From: Planctomycetota bacterium
Lineage (GTDB): Bacteria; Planctomycetota; B15-G4; JADJEK01
DNA: 64,000 nt
Assembly: GCA_044225365.1 (NCBI GenBank)
Contig: JBGAIQ010000002.1
Coordinates: 32,001 to 96,000 of the forward strand
Reading direction: 5' to 3'
Shown: positions 1 to 8,945 of the stretch, in pieces
Numbering within the stretch: the first letter of the stretch is position 1
Layout: every line of letters starts with the position of its first letter
Program-made: the position numbers and the translations under genes
The notes under the pieces: model-generated
Told to the model about the DNA's origin: nothing
What the model saw: the letters and a program-made list of their open reading frames with translations, nothing else
Database searches by the model: none

Positions 1-357
1 CTCGCCCATCACGGCCGCCGTGGGCCCCTGGAGCCCGCCGGTTTCGTCGATCGGCGTCGCGGGATCGTCGGCGACGAGCGTGTTCAGGAAGTTGCCCAGT
101 CCGTCGAACCGCAACACCTGCTTTGCTTCTTCGCACGCGATGATGAGGGAACCATCGGGTGCGTAGAGCAGTGACTGCGCGCCGGGCATCGACCCGATCG
201 CTCCGATCGAGCCGTTCGGTGTGCCGTCGAACTTGAATCGCAACACCGATCCGCCGGTGTAGCTCGTCACGATGAGATCGGGATCGCTCGCGACGGCGAG
301 CGACGCAGGCGCGAGGGCGAGCGCGAAGAGGATGGACGCGCGACAAGACGAACTCAT
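1..357 (-). CDS. Secreted NHL/Vgb-like beta-propeller protein (5' part only; runs off window start)
   Basis: Reverse frame from ATG at 357: MSSSCRASILFALALAPASLAVAS (signal peptide), then repeats such as LIVTSYTGGSVLRF and LLYAPDGSLIIACEEAKQVLRFDG. Confidence 0.75.
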   Translation of the reverse strand, partial: MSSSCRASILFALALAPASLAVASDPDLIVTSYTGGSVLRFKFDGTPNGSIGAIGSMPGAQSLLYAPDGSLIIACEEAKQVLRFDGLGNFLNTLVADDPATPIDETGGLQGPTAAVMGE

Positions 358-440
358 GGTGACTCCCAATCGTCGCAGCGGCCGCGGCGGACTGCTCCGA
401 CGACGGAGTCGAGTCTCCGACATGGGACGGCGCCAGGCTG

Positions 441-1340
441 TCACGATCTTGCGCGCATCGCACGCAGGTCGGTGCGATATCGCGACGGAGTCTTCGTGTA
501 GGCGCGACGAAACCGGTTCGTGAAGTGACTGTGACTCGAGAAGCCGAGCTCGAACGCGATCTTCGTCAGGTCGCAATCGGGATCGTCCCGCAGGCGCACC
601 AGCGCGAGCGCGAGCCGCGTGTGGTCGCGGAAATCGCGCAATGTCACACCGTGATGCTCGTGGAAGACGCGCGAGAGGTGGAATGGCGAGGTGCCGAGTT
701 CGGCTGCGAGGGTGACGAGGGAGAGTGGTTCGCAGCAACGGCGTGCGACGAGCCCCGCGGCATCGAATGCGAGCTTCCGGCGTGAAGCGAGCGTGTGAGG
801 GACGGCTCGCGGTGGGCCCAGCGCTTCGGTGAGAATCTGGCGGGCGACCTCGACCGCGGCCTCCTCGGCGCGGAGCGCGTCGCCATTCCGTGGATCGCAG
901 GTCTTGAGGTCGTGGAAGGCGAGGTGCGCCGCGAGCAGCGTGCTTCGCGACAACGGTGCATCGCTGATGCGGAACATCCGGCCCGCGCGCTCCACCGCGG
1001 AGGGATCGAACTCGTGGAGCACGGACGCGAGGAATGCATCGTCGAGCGCGAAGTAATACCCCTCATCGCAGAAGCCGTACGGATGACTCGTGCGGTAAGT
1101 GTCGGCGGGATTGAAATAGACGGAGTGTCCGGGCGCGACGAGGATCTCGCGATGGCCGTGATGCTTCACGTAGACGCCGTGCGTCGCGATGTTGAACGAG
1201 TGACGGGTCGATACCTGTTCGGGGCCACGTCCGACGTTGAGGTGCGCGCAGTGATATATCCCGAAGCGGACGTGTTCGCCCTGGAAGACGAGTTCATACG
1301 TCTTTCGTCCGTCGGGGAGTTGCGTGAGGCCGTGTGCCAT
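441..1340 (-). CDS. AraC/XylS family transcriptional regulator
   Basis: C-terminal double HTH: LSLVTLAAELGTSPFHLSRVF ... LTKIAFELGFSSHSHFTNRFRRAYTKTPSRYR; cupin-like N-terminal part; start taken at MAHGLTQ. Confidence 0.9.
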   Translation of the reverse strand: MAHGLTQLPDGRKTYELVFQGEHVRFGIYHCAHLNVGRGPEQVSTRHSFNIATHGVYVKHHGHREILVAPGHSVYFNPADTYRTSHPYGFCDEGYYFALDDAFLASVLHEFDPSAVERAGRMFRISDAPLSRSTLLAAHLAFHDLKTCDPRNGDALRAEEAAVEVARQILTEALGPPRAVPHTLASRRKLAFDAAGLVARRCCEPLSLVTLAAELGTSPFHLSRVFHEHHGVTLRDFRDHTRLALALVRLRDDPDCDLTKIAFELGFSSHSHFTNRFRRAYTKTPSRYRTDLRAMRARS

Positions 1341-1535
1341 GTGTGTACTTCTCGCTCGTGCTCGTTCGATACGGCGTGGAGCGCGATCTGCTGGAAGTTT
1401 CTCGATCTGGCCCCGTGACGAAGAGTGATGTCGATGGAGTGTCCGAGTCTGGATCCGCGCCTCGAACTCCTGGTAGCGCGGGAGGTCGAAGCCGGTAACA
1501 AGGTCGCAGCCCGAGGCGAGGCGTACGACGGCCGC

Positions 1536-2723
1536 ATGTCGGTCCGACTCGAGCGCCCGTTCCACGAGGAATACCGCGCGACCCTCGGCGAACCTGGGAT
1601 CCTCTACCGTCGCGACGTGAAGAGCGACGGACCCGCCCCGTATCGATATGACGAGGAGTATCTCGAGACCGCTTCCTGCTTCGTCAAGGCGCCCTCGCCG
1701 GACCGCGACGGCAGGAAGGAGCGGGTCGCGCGATCGAAGGGGATCCAGCTCGACTCGAAGAACTGGCTTCGGTCAGGTCCCCCGGATCGACATGAGCGAC
1801 TCGGAGCGATCGCGGACGCGATCGAGCGCGAACTGCGGCGCCTCGGCGTCTGGATGACGAGCCCACCCGCGAGAGTACCGGAGTTCAAGGCGGCATTCGG
1901 CGCGGACGTCCTGCCTTTCGTCCACTGGATCCAGCTCGTGATGGTGCCGCGAGTCAGGGAGATCGCGGCGACGCGCGCAGCGATCCCTGGGCGGGGCGTC
2001 GCGGCGTACGCCGTGCGAGAGTTCGACGGCCAGGACGAGTATCGCGGACTGGAGCAATTGCTCTACGCACTCGACGAGATCTGCACGCCGCAGGCGCGAC
2101 CGCAGATCCGCCTCATGGGTTGGCGCCAGATCGGAGCCGCCTTGCTCCTCTTCGCGATCGCGATCCCGCTCGCGCTGTTCGGCATTCAGTTCTCGACGCG
2201 CATGAACGACGAGATCGACCACCGTTTCCCGCCTCGGTTCATCCTATCCGCGCAACTCGAAGGCTTGGAGTCGAACGCCATCCGATGGGTGGAGCTGTTC
2301 GTGGAAGGCGTGGAGAAGAGTGAGGGCGCGATCGCGACGGAGTCGTGCACGCTGGTCACCGTCCGCAGCTCGACATTGCGGATCGGCGTGCGTCCGCTCG
2401 CGCTCTCCGCAGGCGAGCCGATCGATCCGCATCGCATCGCCGCGTGGCTCGGAGAATGGGGGGCGCCCATCGACGCCGCGTCGACGACCTCGGACGCGAA
2501 CAAGATCCGTGAGACGGCGGAGTCGTTCTTCGCCTCGAAGACGAAGTCCGAGCTGATGGCGAAGCGCGAGGTGAGCGGAACGCGCGTCGAGCCCGCGACG
2601 GAATGCACCGTGTTTCCGGGCCGCGCATCCGAGACGGTTCACAACCTCGTACTGCTCGCGACGCTGATCATCCTCCTCGTGCCGCTCCCCTTCGCCGCTC
2701 TCTGGGTCCGGCGCAGGCTGTGA
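1536..2723 (+). CDS. YqcC (DUF446)-like domain fused to a membrane-anchored region
   Basis: DRHERLGAIADAIERELRRLGVW...AFGADVLPFVHWIQLVMVPRVREI resembles YqcC; two hydrophobic segments (IGAALLLFAIAIPLALFGI; LVLLATLIILLVPLPFAALWV); start uncertain. Confidence 0.6.
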   Translation: MSVRLERPFHEEYRATLGEPGILYRRDVKSDGPAPYRYDEEYLETASCFVKAPSPDRDGRKERVARSKGIQLDSKNWLRSGPPDRHERLGAIADAIERELRRLGVWMTSPPARVPEFKAAFGADVLPFVHWIQLVMVPRVREIAATRAAIPGRGVAAYAVREFDGQDEYRGLEQLLYALDEICTPQARPQIRLMGWRQIGAALLLFAIAIPLALFGIQFSTRMNDEIDHRFPPRFILSAQLEGLESNAIRWVELFVEGVEKSEGAIATESCTLVTVRSSTLRIGVRPLALSAGEPIDPHRIAAWLGEWGAPIDAASTTSDANKIRETAESFFASKTKSELMAKREVSGTRVEPATECTVFPGRASETVHNLVLLATLIILLVPLPFAALWVRRRL

Positions 2724-2834
2724 CGACGCGCATCGGTTCCTGGACCGCCGCGCTCCAGAGCGGCTCCGATGTGTCTTCGCCCGTCCGAGAGGGTTGATGG
2801 GCACGAAATGGGGTATTCGCGTTCGATCGAAGTA

Positions 2835-2883
2835 TGCGAATAAAAATTCACGATAGCGCGCAGCGAAAGCATGATTATTCTTT
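2835..2883 (+). promoter_or_regulatory. ARG boxes (ArgR operators) upstream of argR
   Basis: AT-rich island in GC-rich DNA; tgCGAATAAAAATTCAcg (2835-2852) matches the TGNATWWWWATNCA-type palindrome; weaker aaaGCATGATTATTCttt (2866-2883). Confidence 0.75.
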
Positions 2884-2888
2884 CTCCG

Positions 2889-3332
2889 ATGAGTCGAACA
2901 CAGGACCGTCGACGCACGATCGCGGCGTTGCTCGCCGAGCGGGACATCCGCAGCCAGAAGGAGCTGCGGTCCGCGCTCGCGCGCCGTGGGCATCGAGCTT
3001 CGCAGCCCGTGTTGTCGCGCGATCTGCGCGCGATGAAGGTTGCGAAGAGCAACGGCATCTACCGCGTGTTCGATCAAGAGCGGGTCACTCCGCTCGAAGG
3101 TCTGAAGGCATTGCTGCGCGGAGTGGAGCCGGCGAACCACTTCGTCATCGTGTTCTGCGAGCCGGGCGCGGGTTCGGCCGTCGCGCGTGCGATCGACCAG
3201 TCGGAGACCGAGGGTCTCGTCGGCACGATCGCGGGCGACGATGCGGTGCTCGTTGCGTTGGACTCACCTTCGGCCGCGCGCGACGTGAGGCGTCGGGTCG
3301 GCGATCTCATCACTACGGCGGTTGGAGACTGA
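2889..3332 (+). CDS. argR: Arginine repressor
   Basis: IRSQKEL...SQPVLSRDL HTH region and GTIAGDD arginine-binding motif; first gene of the arg operon. Confidence 0.95.
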   Translation: MSRTQDRRRTIAALLAERDIRSQKELRSALARRGHRASQPVLSRDLRAMKVAKSNGIYRVFDQERVTPLEGLKALLRGVEPANHFVIVFCEPGAGSAVARAIDQSETEGLVGTIAGDDAVLVALDSPSAARDVRRRVGDLITTAVGD

Positions 3333-3333
3333 C

Positions 3334-4551
3334 ATGCGCGTGCTCCTTGGATACTCCGGTGGACTCGATACCTCGTTCCTCGTCGCGTGGCTCACGCGCG
3401 AGCAGAATGCGAGCGTGACGGCGCTCGCCGTGGATTGCGGCGGCTTCACCGTCGACGAGCGGAGCGAGATGGGAGAGCGCGCGATGGCGCTCGGCGCGAA
3501 GGAATTCCGCCTCGTCGACGCGCGCGCCGAGATGTTCGATCGCATGCTGCGATTCCTCGTCGCGGCGAACGTGAAGCGCGGCGGCGTCTACCCGCTCTGC
3601 GTCGGCGCCGAGCGTGGCTTGCAGGCCGAAGTCCTCGCCCGCGTCGCCCTCGAGGAAGGATTCGATGCGGTCGCCCACGGCTGCACCGCGGCGGGCAACG
3701 ACCAGGTGCGGTTCGAGGCAGCCCTTGGGACGATCGCGCCACAGCTCAAGGTCGTTGCACCGGTGCGCGACCTCGGTCTCGAGCGAGGGTTCGAACGCGA
3801 TTACCTGACGAAGGTCGGATTCCCACCGGCGGAATCGCGCGCCCGCTATTCCGTGAACCAGGGCCTGTGGGGTCTCACGATCGGCGGCGGCGAGATGGCG
3901 ACGAGCAGCGATCCTCTGCCCGAATCGGCGTGGGTCTGGACGAAGGGCGCGAACGAGCCGAATCGACTCGCGGCTTCTCTCGCGCTGAAGTTGTCGTTCC
4001 ACGACGGGATCCCCGTCGCCCTCGATGGCAAGGCCCTCGACAGCGTCACCCTCGTGGAGACGTTGAATCGGATCGGCGGCGAGTACGGCGTCGGCCGCGG
4101 CTACCACCTCGGCGACACCGTCCTCGGGATCAAGGGGCGCATCGCGTTCGAAGCGCCGGCCGCCGAAGTGATCCTGGCGGCGCACCGCGAACTCGAGAAG
4201 CTCGTGCTCACGGAGGAGCAGCGCTTCTGGAAGGACCATCTCGGCGAGGTGTACGGTCGGCGTCTGCATCAGGGCTTGTTCCACGACCCGTTCCAGCGCG
4301 ATCTCGAAGCGTTCTTCCTGTCGAGTCAATCGCGGGTGACGGGTGATGTGGTCGTGCGTCTCGCGCACGGCAAGGCGATCGTCGAGGGTACGACCTCGCC
4401 GTTCTCGCTGATGGCCGCGTCGGACGCCCGCTACGGCGAGCGTGCGGCCAAGGAGTCGGATCCGCGATCGGCCGTCGGTCTCGCGAGGTTGCTCGCGGAG
4501 CCGGGTCGATTGCATCGCCGGGCCGGGATGGCGAAGGGAGCCTCGCAATGA
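3334..4551 (+). CDS. argG: Argininosuccinate synthase
   Basis: LGYSGGLDTS PP-loop, AHGCTAAGNDQVRF, GIKGRIAFEAPAA. Confidence 0.96.
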   Translation: MRVLLGYSGGLDTSFLVAWLTREQNASVTALAVDCGGFTVDERSEMGERAMALGAKEFRLVDARAEMFDRMLRFLVAANVKRGGVYPLCVGAERGLQAEVLARVALEEGFDAVAHGCTAAGNDQVRFEAALGTIAPQLKVVAPVRDLGLERGFERDYLTKVGFPPAESRARYSVNQGLWGLTIGGGEMATSSDPLPESAWVWTKGANEPNRLAASLALKLSFHDGIPVALDGKALDSVTLVETLNRIGGEYGVGRGYHLGDTVLGIKGRIAFEAPAAEVILAAHRELEKLVLTEEQRFWKDHLGEVYGRRLHQGLFHDPFQRDLEAFFLSSQSRVTGDVVVRLAHGKAIVEGTTSPFSLMAASDARYGERAAKESDPRSAVGLARLLAEPGRLHRRAGMAKGASQ

Positions 4552-5612
4552 GAAGGGTCGAGATCGACAAGATCGGGTCGGTGACGCTGCGTCTCCTCCT
4601 CGAGAAGAACGCGGTTCTCGGCGACGACATCCCCGCCGTCGAAGGCACGGTCGTCGCGGGCCGCGTGAAGAACGCGAAGACGACCTACAACACGCTCGAG
4701 GACGTCCACGGCCGCATGGTGACGCTCTACCCGGGCGACATCATCGCGGGCGCGCTCGGCCATCGCGACGCGCTCTATGGCTACTCCGGTCGCATTCCGT
4801 TGCACGTGCGACCGGGCGACGAACTGAACATCCTCAATCTCGGCGGTGTGATCGGTGAAGGCGCGACGGCAACGCCCGGCATCGGCGAGCCGTTTCGCAT
4901 CGAGGTCCTCGGCGCCGTGCTCGAGTTCCCGTACGTGGGGACGCGCGTCGGCGTCCCCGCCAACGTAGCGCGCGGAGCGCTTCCGCCGCTCGACTTGCCG
5001 CCGACCGGCGAGATGCCGCCCGTGATCGCTCTCGTCGGTACGTGCATGGACGCGGGCAAGACGACGGCGGCGAGCGTCATCATCGGTGAACTGGCGCGGG
5101 CGGGCAAACGCGTCGCCGCAGGCAAGCTCACCGGTGTGTCGCTGCGCAAGGACGTCCTTTCGATGAAGGACTGCGGCGCCGAACCCGCGCTGTTGTTCAC
5201 CGATTTCGGCATCGTGACGACGAGCGACACGACGGCGGCCGCCACCGGCAAATCGCTCCTCGCGCACCTCGTCGAATCGGAGCCCGACATCATCGTCCTC
5301 GAACTTGGCGACGGCCTGCTCGGCACGTATGGCGTGCGTGCCCTTCTCGAGGACATCGCGTTCCGCTCGTCGCTGACCGCGGTCGCCCTCTGCGCTCAGG
5401 ACCCGGTCGGCGCGTGGGGCGGTCAGCAGATCCTGCGCGATCGCTACGGTCTCGAGGTGGCGGTGGTGTGCGGCCGCGTGACCGACACTCCGACGGGACT
5501 TCGATTCTGTCGCGAGAAGCTCGAGGTCTCGGCCTGGAACGCGTTGCATGACGGGCCGCAACTCGTCGGCGCGCTCGAAGCGGCGATCGCCCGTAAGGCG
5601 GCGAATCGATGA
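4548..5612 (+). CDS. DUF1611/DgcN-like P-loop protein inside the arg operon; function unassigned
   Basis: Walker A-like VGTCMDAGKTT, then AAGKLTG, FTDFG, IVLELGDGLLG; ATGA overlaps with argG and argC. Confidence 0.8.
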   Translation: MRRVEIDKIGSVTLRLLLEKNAVLGDDIPAVEGTVVAGRVKNAKTTYNTLEDVHGRMVTLYPGDIIAGALGHRDALYGYSGRIPLHVRPGDELNILNLGGVIGEGATATPGIGEPFRIEVLGAVLEFPYVGTRVGVPANVARGALPPLDLPPTGEMPPVIALVGTCMDAGKTTAASVIIGELARAGKRVAAGKLTGVSLRKDVLSMKDCGAEPALLFTDFGIVTTSDTTAAATGKSLLAHLVESEPDIIVLELGDGLLGTYGVRALLEDIAFRSSLTAVALCAQDPVGAWGGQQILRDRYGLEVAVVCGRVTDTPTGLRFCREKLEVSAWNALHDGPQLVGALEAAIARKAANR

Positions 5613-6703
5613 CGAACGAAGACCCGCGCGGCGCCTCGGTCCCGCTCGTGCTGTTCGGCGCGAGCGGATTGCTCGCAGGCGAACTGCTTCGCCTGCTCGA
5701 GAATCATCCGTCGTTGCGTCTCGCCGTCGCCAGCACGCGCGAGGGCGGCAGTCTCGCCGATGCGCAGCCGCATCTCTCTTTCGCTCCTGTATCGATTCCG
5801 ATCGAGGCGGCGATGGAGCAGTGCGTCGCACTCGCGGCGGAGGGTCGCGTGGCGATCGCGTTCGCACTTCCGCACGGCGAATCGGCGACGTTGTGGAAGA
5901 GTCTGCGATCTCGTCTCGGTTCGAACGCGACGAACGCGGTCGTCGTCGATCTCGGTGCCGATTACCGCATTTCGGACCTTTCGAAGTACTCGAAGGTCTA
6001 CGGCGCGCCGCATCCCGACGCCGCCGAAGTCGCGAACTTCGTCTACGGCCTTCCCGAGTTCCACCGCGCGGCATTGCGCGAGTCCACACGCGCTGCGGCG
6101 GGCGGCTGTTTCGCGACGGCGATGCAGCTCGCGATCGTTCCCGCGTTCGCTTCGGGTCTCGCCGATTCGTCGCGCCCGATCCTCGTGAGCGGGATCACCG
6201 GATCCTCGGGTTCGGGAAACAAGCCCGCGCCGAACACGCATCACCCGCATCGTGCGGGAAACCTCTGGGCCTACTCGCTCACCGGGCATCGTCACGAAGC
6301 AGAGCTCGAACAGGCGCTCGCGAGCGCCCCGATCGACGGCGTACCGTCGATCCACTTCGTCCCGCATTCGGGACCCTTCGTGCGGGGTATCCACCTCACG
6401 GCGTTCGTGGCATTGCGCGCAGGGGCGACGGGAGCCACGGCTCGCGACGCATACCGCGCGCGCTTCGCGAACGAGCCCTTCGTGACCGTGCTCGAGAAGG
6501 GCACGCCCGACCTGCGTCGAATCGTGGGTTCGAATCGCGCGTGCCTCGCGCTCGAATCGCGCGGCGACGTGCTCACGGTCTGCCTCACGCTCGACAACAT
6601 CACCAAGGGCGGGGCGGGTCAGGCGCTGCAGTGTCTCAATCTCATGCTCGGCGTCGAAGAGACGGCCGGGTTGCCGCGAACCGGTCTGGGAGTCTCGGGA
6701 TGA
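5609..6703 (+). CDS. argC: N-acyl-gamma-glutamyl-phosphate reductase
   Basis: FGASGLLAGELLRLL, ALPHG, DLGADYR, YGLPE, GCFAT, GSSGSG, DNITKGGAGQA. Confidence 0.95.
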   Translation: MTNEDPRGASVPLVLFGASGLLAGELLRLLENHPSLRLAVASTREGGSLADAQPHLSFAPVSIPIEAAMEQCVALAAEGRVAIAFALPHGESATLWKSLRSRLGSNATNAVVVDLGADYRISDLSKYSKVYGAPHPDAAEVANFVYGLPEFHRAALRESTRAAAGGCFATAMQLAIVPAFASGLADSSRPILVSGITGSSGSGNKPAPNTHHPHRAGNLWAYSLTGHRHEAELEQALASAPIDGVPSIHFVPHSGPFVRGIHLTAFVALRAGATGATARDAYRARFANEPFVTVLEKGTPDLRRIVGSNRACLALESRGDVLTVCLTLDNITKGGAGQALQCLNLMLGVEETAGLPRTGLGVSG

Positions 6704-7857
6704 GTCTTGCTGAATGGAATGCGTATTCGCGTCTGCCTCTCGATGTCGTTCGAGCCGAGGGATCCGAGCTGATCCTGCGCGACGGCCGTCGCGTCCTCGA
6801 TCTCTACGGAGGGCACTGCGTCCTCTCTCTCGGCGCCGGCAATTCGCTGCTCGCCGACACGCTGGCCGCGCAGTGGAAGGATCTCGGGTTCGTGACGAAT
6901 CTGCTCGATCACGCCCCGCGTCATCACTTCCTCGCCGCATTCGAGAAGAACCTGCCCGCAGGCGACTGGCGCGTGTTCTGTTCGAACAGCGGGGCCGAGG
7001 CCAACGAGAACGCGCTGAAGTGCGCGCTCTCGGCGACGGGTCGTGAGCGCGTCGTCGCGTTCTCCGGCGCCTTCCACGGACGTACCGCGGCCGCGAACGC
7101 CGTGACCGACACCACGAAGAAGGCCACGCCGCGAACGCCGTTCGACGTCGTGCGCATTCCGTGGGGCGATATCGAGAAGTCGCGCGCAGCGATCGACTCC
7201 ACGGTCGCCGCGGTGATCCTGGAGCCGATTCAATCGCTCGCGGGCGTCGTCGATCCTCCCGAAGGTTTCTTGCAGGCTCTCCGGCAAGCGTGCGACGCCG
7301 CCGGCGCCGCGCTCGTCTTCGACGAGGTCCAGACCGGCAATGGGCGGCTAGGCACGCCGTGGGCGAGCCAGTACTTCCACGTGACTCCGGATCTGTTCAC
7401 GACGGCGAAGGGCGCCGCGGGCGGCATCCCGATCGGGCTCACCGTCGCGAAGACGGCATGGGCCGACAAGGTTCCCGGCGCGCTCTTCGGCTCGACGTTC
7501 GGCGGCGGCCCGATGCCGCTCGCGCTCGCGACGATCGTCTCCGAAGCGATCGGCACCGAGGGTTTCCTCGCCAACGTCCAGGCCGCGTCGCGTGCGTTCG
7601 CGGCGGCGGGGTCGCATTATCCGGTGAAGCGAGTTCGCGGCGCGGGACTGCTCCTCGGCCTCGAACTCGAAGCGGGTTTCGAGGCGAAGAAGATCCGCGA
7701 TCTCCTGCTCGCGCACGACGTCCTCGTCGGCACCTGCGACGACCCGAAGGTCCTGCGACTCTGCCCCTCGCTGACGATCGCTCCCTCGGAAGCGCGACGA
7801 CTGCGTCACGCGCTCGAAGCCGTCGCGGCGACGATCGGAACGAGCGCCGCGCGATGA
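6700..7857 (+). CDS. argD: N-acylornithine aminotransferase (class III PLP)
   Basis: NSGAEANENALK, AFHGRT, ILEPIQ, FDEVQTGNGR, TTAKG, STFGG. Confidence 0.93.
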   Translation: MSLAEWNAYSRLPLDVVRAEGSELILRDGRRVLDLYGGHCVLSLGAGNSLLADTLAAQWKDLGFVTNLLDHAPRHHFLAAFEKNLPAGDWRVFCSNSGAEANENALKCALSATGRERVVAFSGAFHGRTAAANAVTDTTKKATPRTPFDVVRIPWGDIEKSRAAIDSTVAAVILEPIQSLAGVVDPPEGFLQALRQACDAAGAALVFDEVQTGNGRLGTPWASQYFHVTPDLFTTAKGAAGGIPIGLTVAKTAWADKVPGALFGSTFGGGPMPLALATIVSEAIGTEGFLANVQAASRAFAAAGSHYPVKRVRGAGLLLGLELEAGFEAKKIRDLLLAHDVLVGTCDDPKVLRLCPSLTIAPSEARRLRHALEAVAATIGTSAAR

Positions 7858-8945
7858 ACGGACTCTACGACCTCGCCGAACTCGATCCGCTCCTCGTCGA
7901 TCAACTCGCGGCACGCGCTCTCGCATTGCACCGCGGAGAGTTGCCGAGACGGTTCCCCGGCCGCTCGCTCGGCCTGCTCTTCTTCGATCCGTCCTTGCGC
8001 ACGCAGGCGTCGTTCCAGCGCGCCGCGGGCCTCCTCGATCTTCATCTCGTGCACCTCTCCGGAACGATCTGGGGACTCGAGACCGAGGAGGGCGCGGTCA
8101 TGGACAGCGACAAAGCGGAGCACGTGAAGGAAGCCGCGCGAGTGCTCGGACGCTACGTCGACGTGCTCGGCGTGCGGGCGTTCGCGAAGGGCAAGGACCG
8201 CGCGAAGGACCTCGCCGATCCGCTGCTTCGGGGATTTTCGAAGTACGCGGGAGTGCCCGTGATCAATCTCGAGAGCGCGCGGTTCCATCCGTGCCAGGCG
8301 CTCGCGGATCGCGTCACCCTCGATCAGTTCTCGATCCCCGTGCGATCGAAGTTCGTGCTCACGTGGGCTTGGCATCCGAAGGCGCTCCCGGTCGCCGTTC
8401 CGCAATCGACGTTGCTCATGGCGGCGCAGCGTGGAATGGACGTCGTGGTCCTGCGTCCCGAGGGATACGACCTGGAAGAGGACGTCGTCGCGCACGCCAC
8501 GCGTCTCGCGCGCGAGCGAGGCGGCCGTGTCGAGATCACGTCCGACCGGTCGGCGGTCGCGGGCGCGACGGCCATCTACGCGAAGTCGTGGGGCAGCCTG
8601 CTCGATTACGGCGATCCCGCTGCCGAGGCCGCGCGGCGGGCGAATCTGCGGCATTGGCGCGTCGAAGCCGGGACCTTCGCGACTGCGAAGGACGCCGTGT
8701 TCATGCATTGCCTGCCGGTGCGACGCAACGTCGTCGTGACGGACGAAGTGATCGATTCCGAGCGCAGCGTCGTGATCGAGCAGGCCGAGAATCGGCTGTG
8801 GGCGCAGACGGCGATCCTCGAGTCGATCCTCGGTGCGACCGCACCGCGCCGCGCATTCCGTTCCAGTATTCGCGCCCGGGAAGCCGGGAGTTCCAACGCC
8901 GGTCGAGTCGGCCGCGAGTTCGGTATCGAGGAGGGTTCGTCGTGA
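7854..8945 (+). CDS. argF: N-acetyl/N-succinylornithine carbamoyltransferase (ArgF')
   Basis: FFDPSLRT instead of STRT; HPCQALAD; FMHCLPVRRN; proline-rich loop TWAWHPKALPVAVP typical of AOTCase/SOTCase. Confidence 0.92.
   Translation: MNGLYDLAELDPLLVDQLAARALALHRGELPRRFPGRSLGLLFFDPSLRTQASFQRAAGLLDLHLVHLSGTIWGLETEEGAVMDSDKAEHVKEAARVLGRYVDVLGVRAFAKGKDRAKDLADPLLRGFSKYAGVPVINLESARFHPCQALADRVTLDQFSIPVRSKFVLTWAWHPKALPVAVPQSTLLMAAQRGMDVVVLRPEGYDLEEDVVAHATRLARERGGRVEITSDRSAVAGATAIYAKSWGSLLDYGDPAAEAARRANLRHWRVEAGTFATAKDAVFMHCLPVRRNVVVTDEVIDSERSVVIEQAENRLWAQTAILESILGATAPRRAFRSSIRAREAGSSNAGRVGREFGIEEGSS

Noticed and set aside
2730-2772. REP-like hairpin GCCGCGCTCCAGAGCGGC after the YqcC-like gene
   Set aside because: Single imperfect copy in this window; cannot be distinguished from an ordinary terminator
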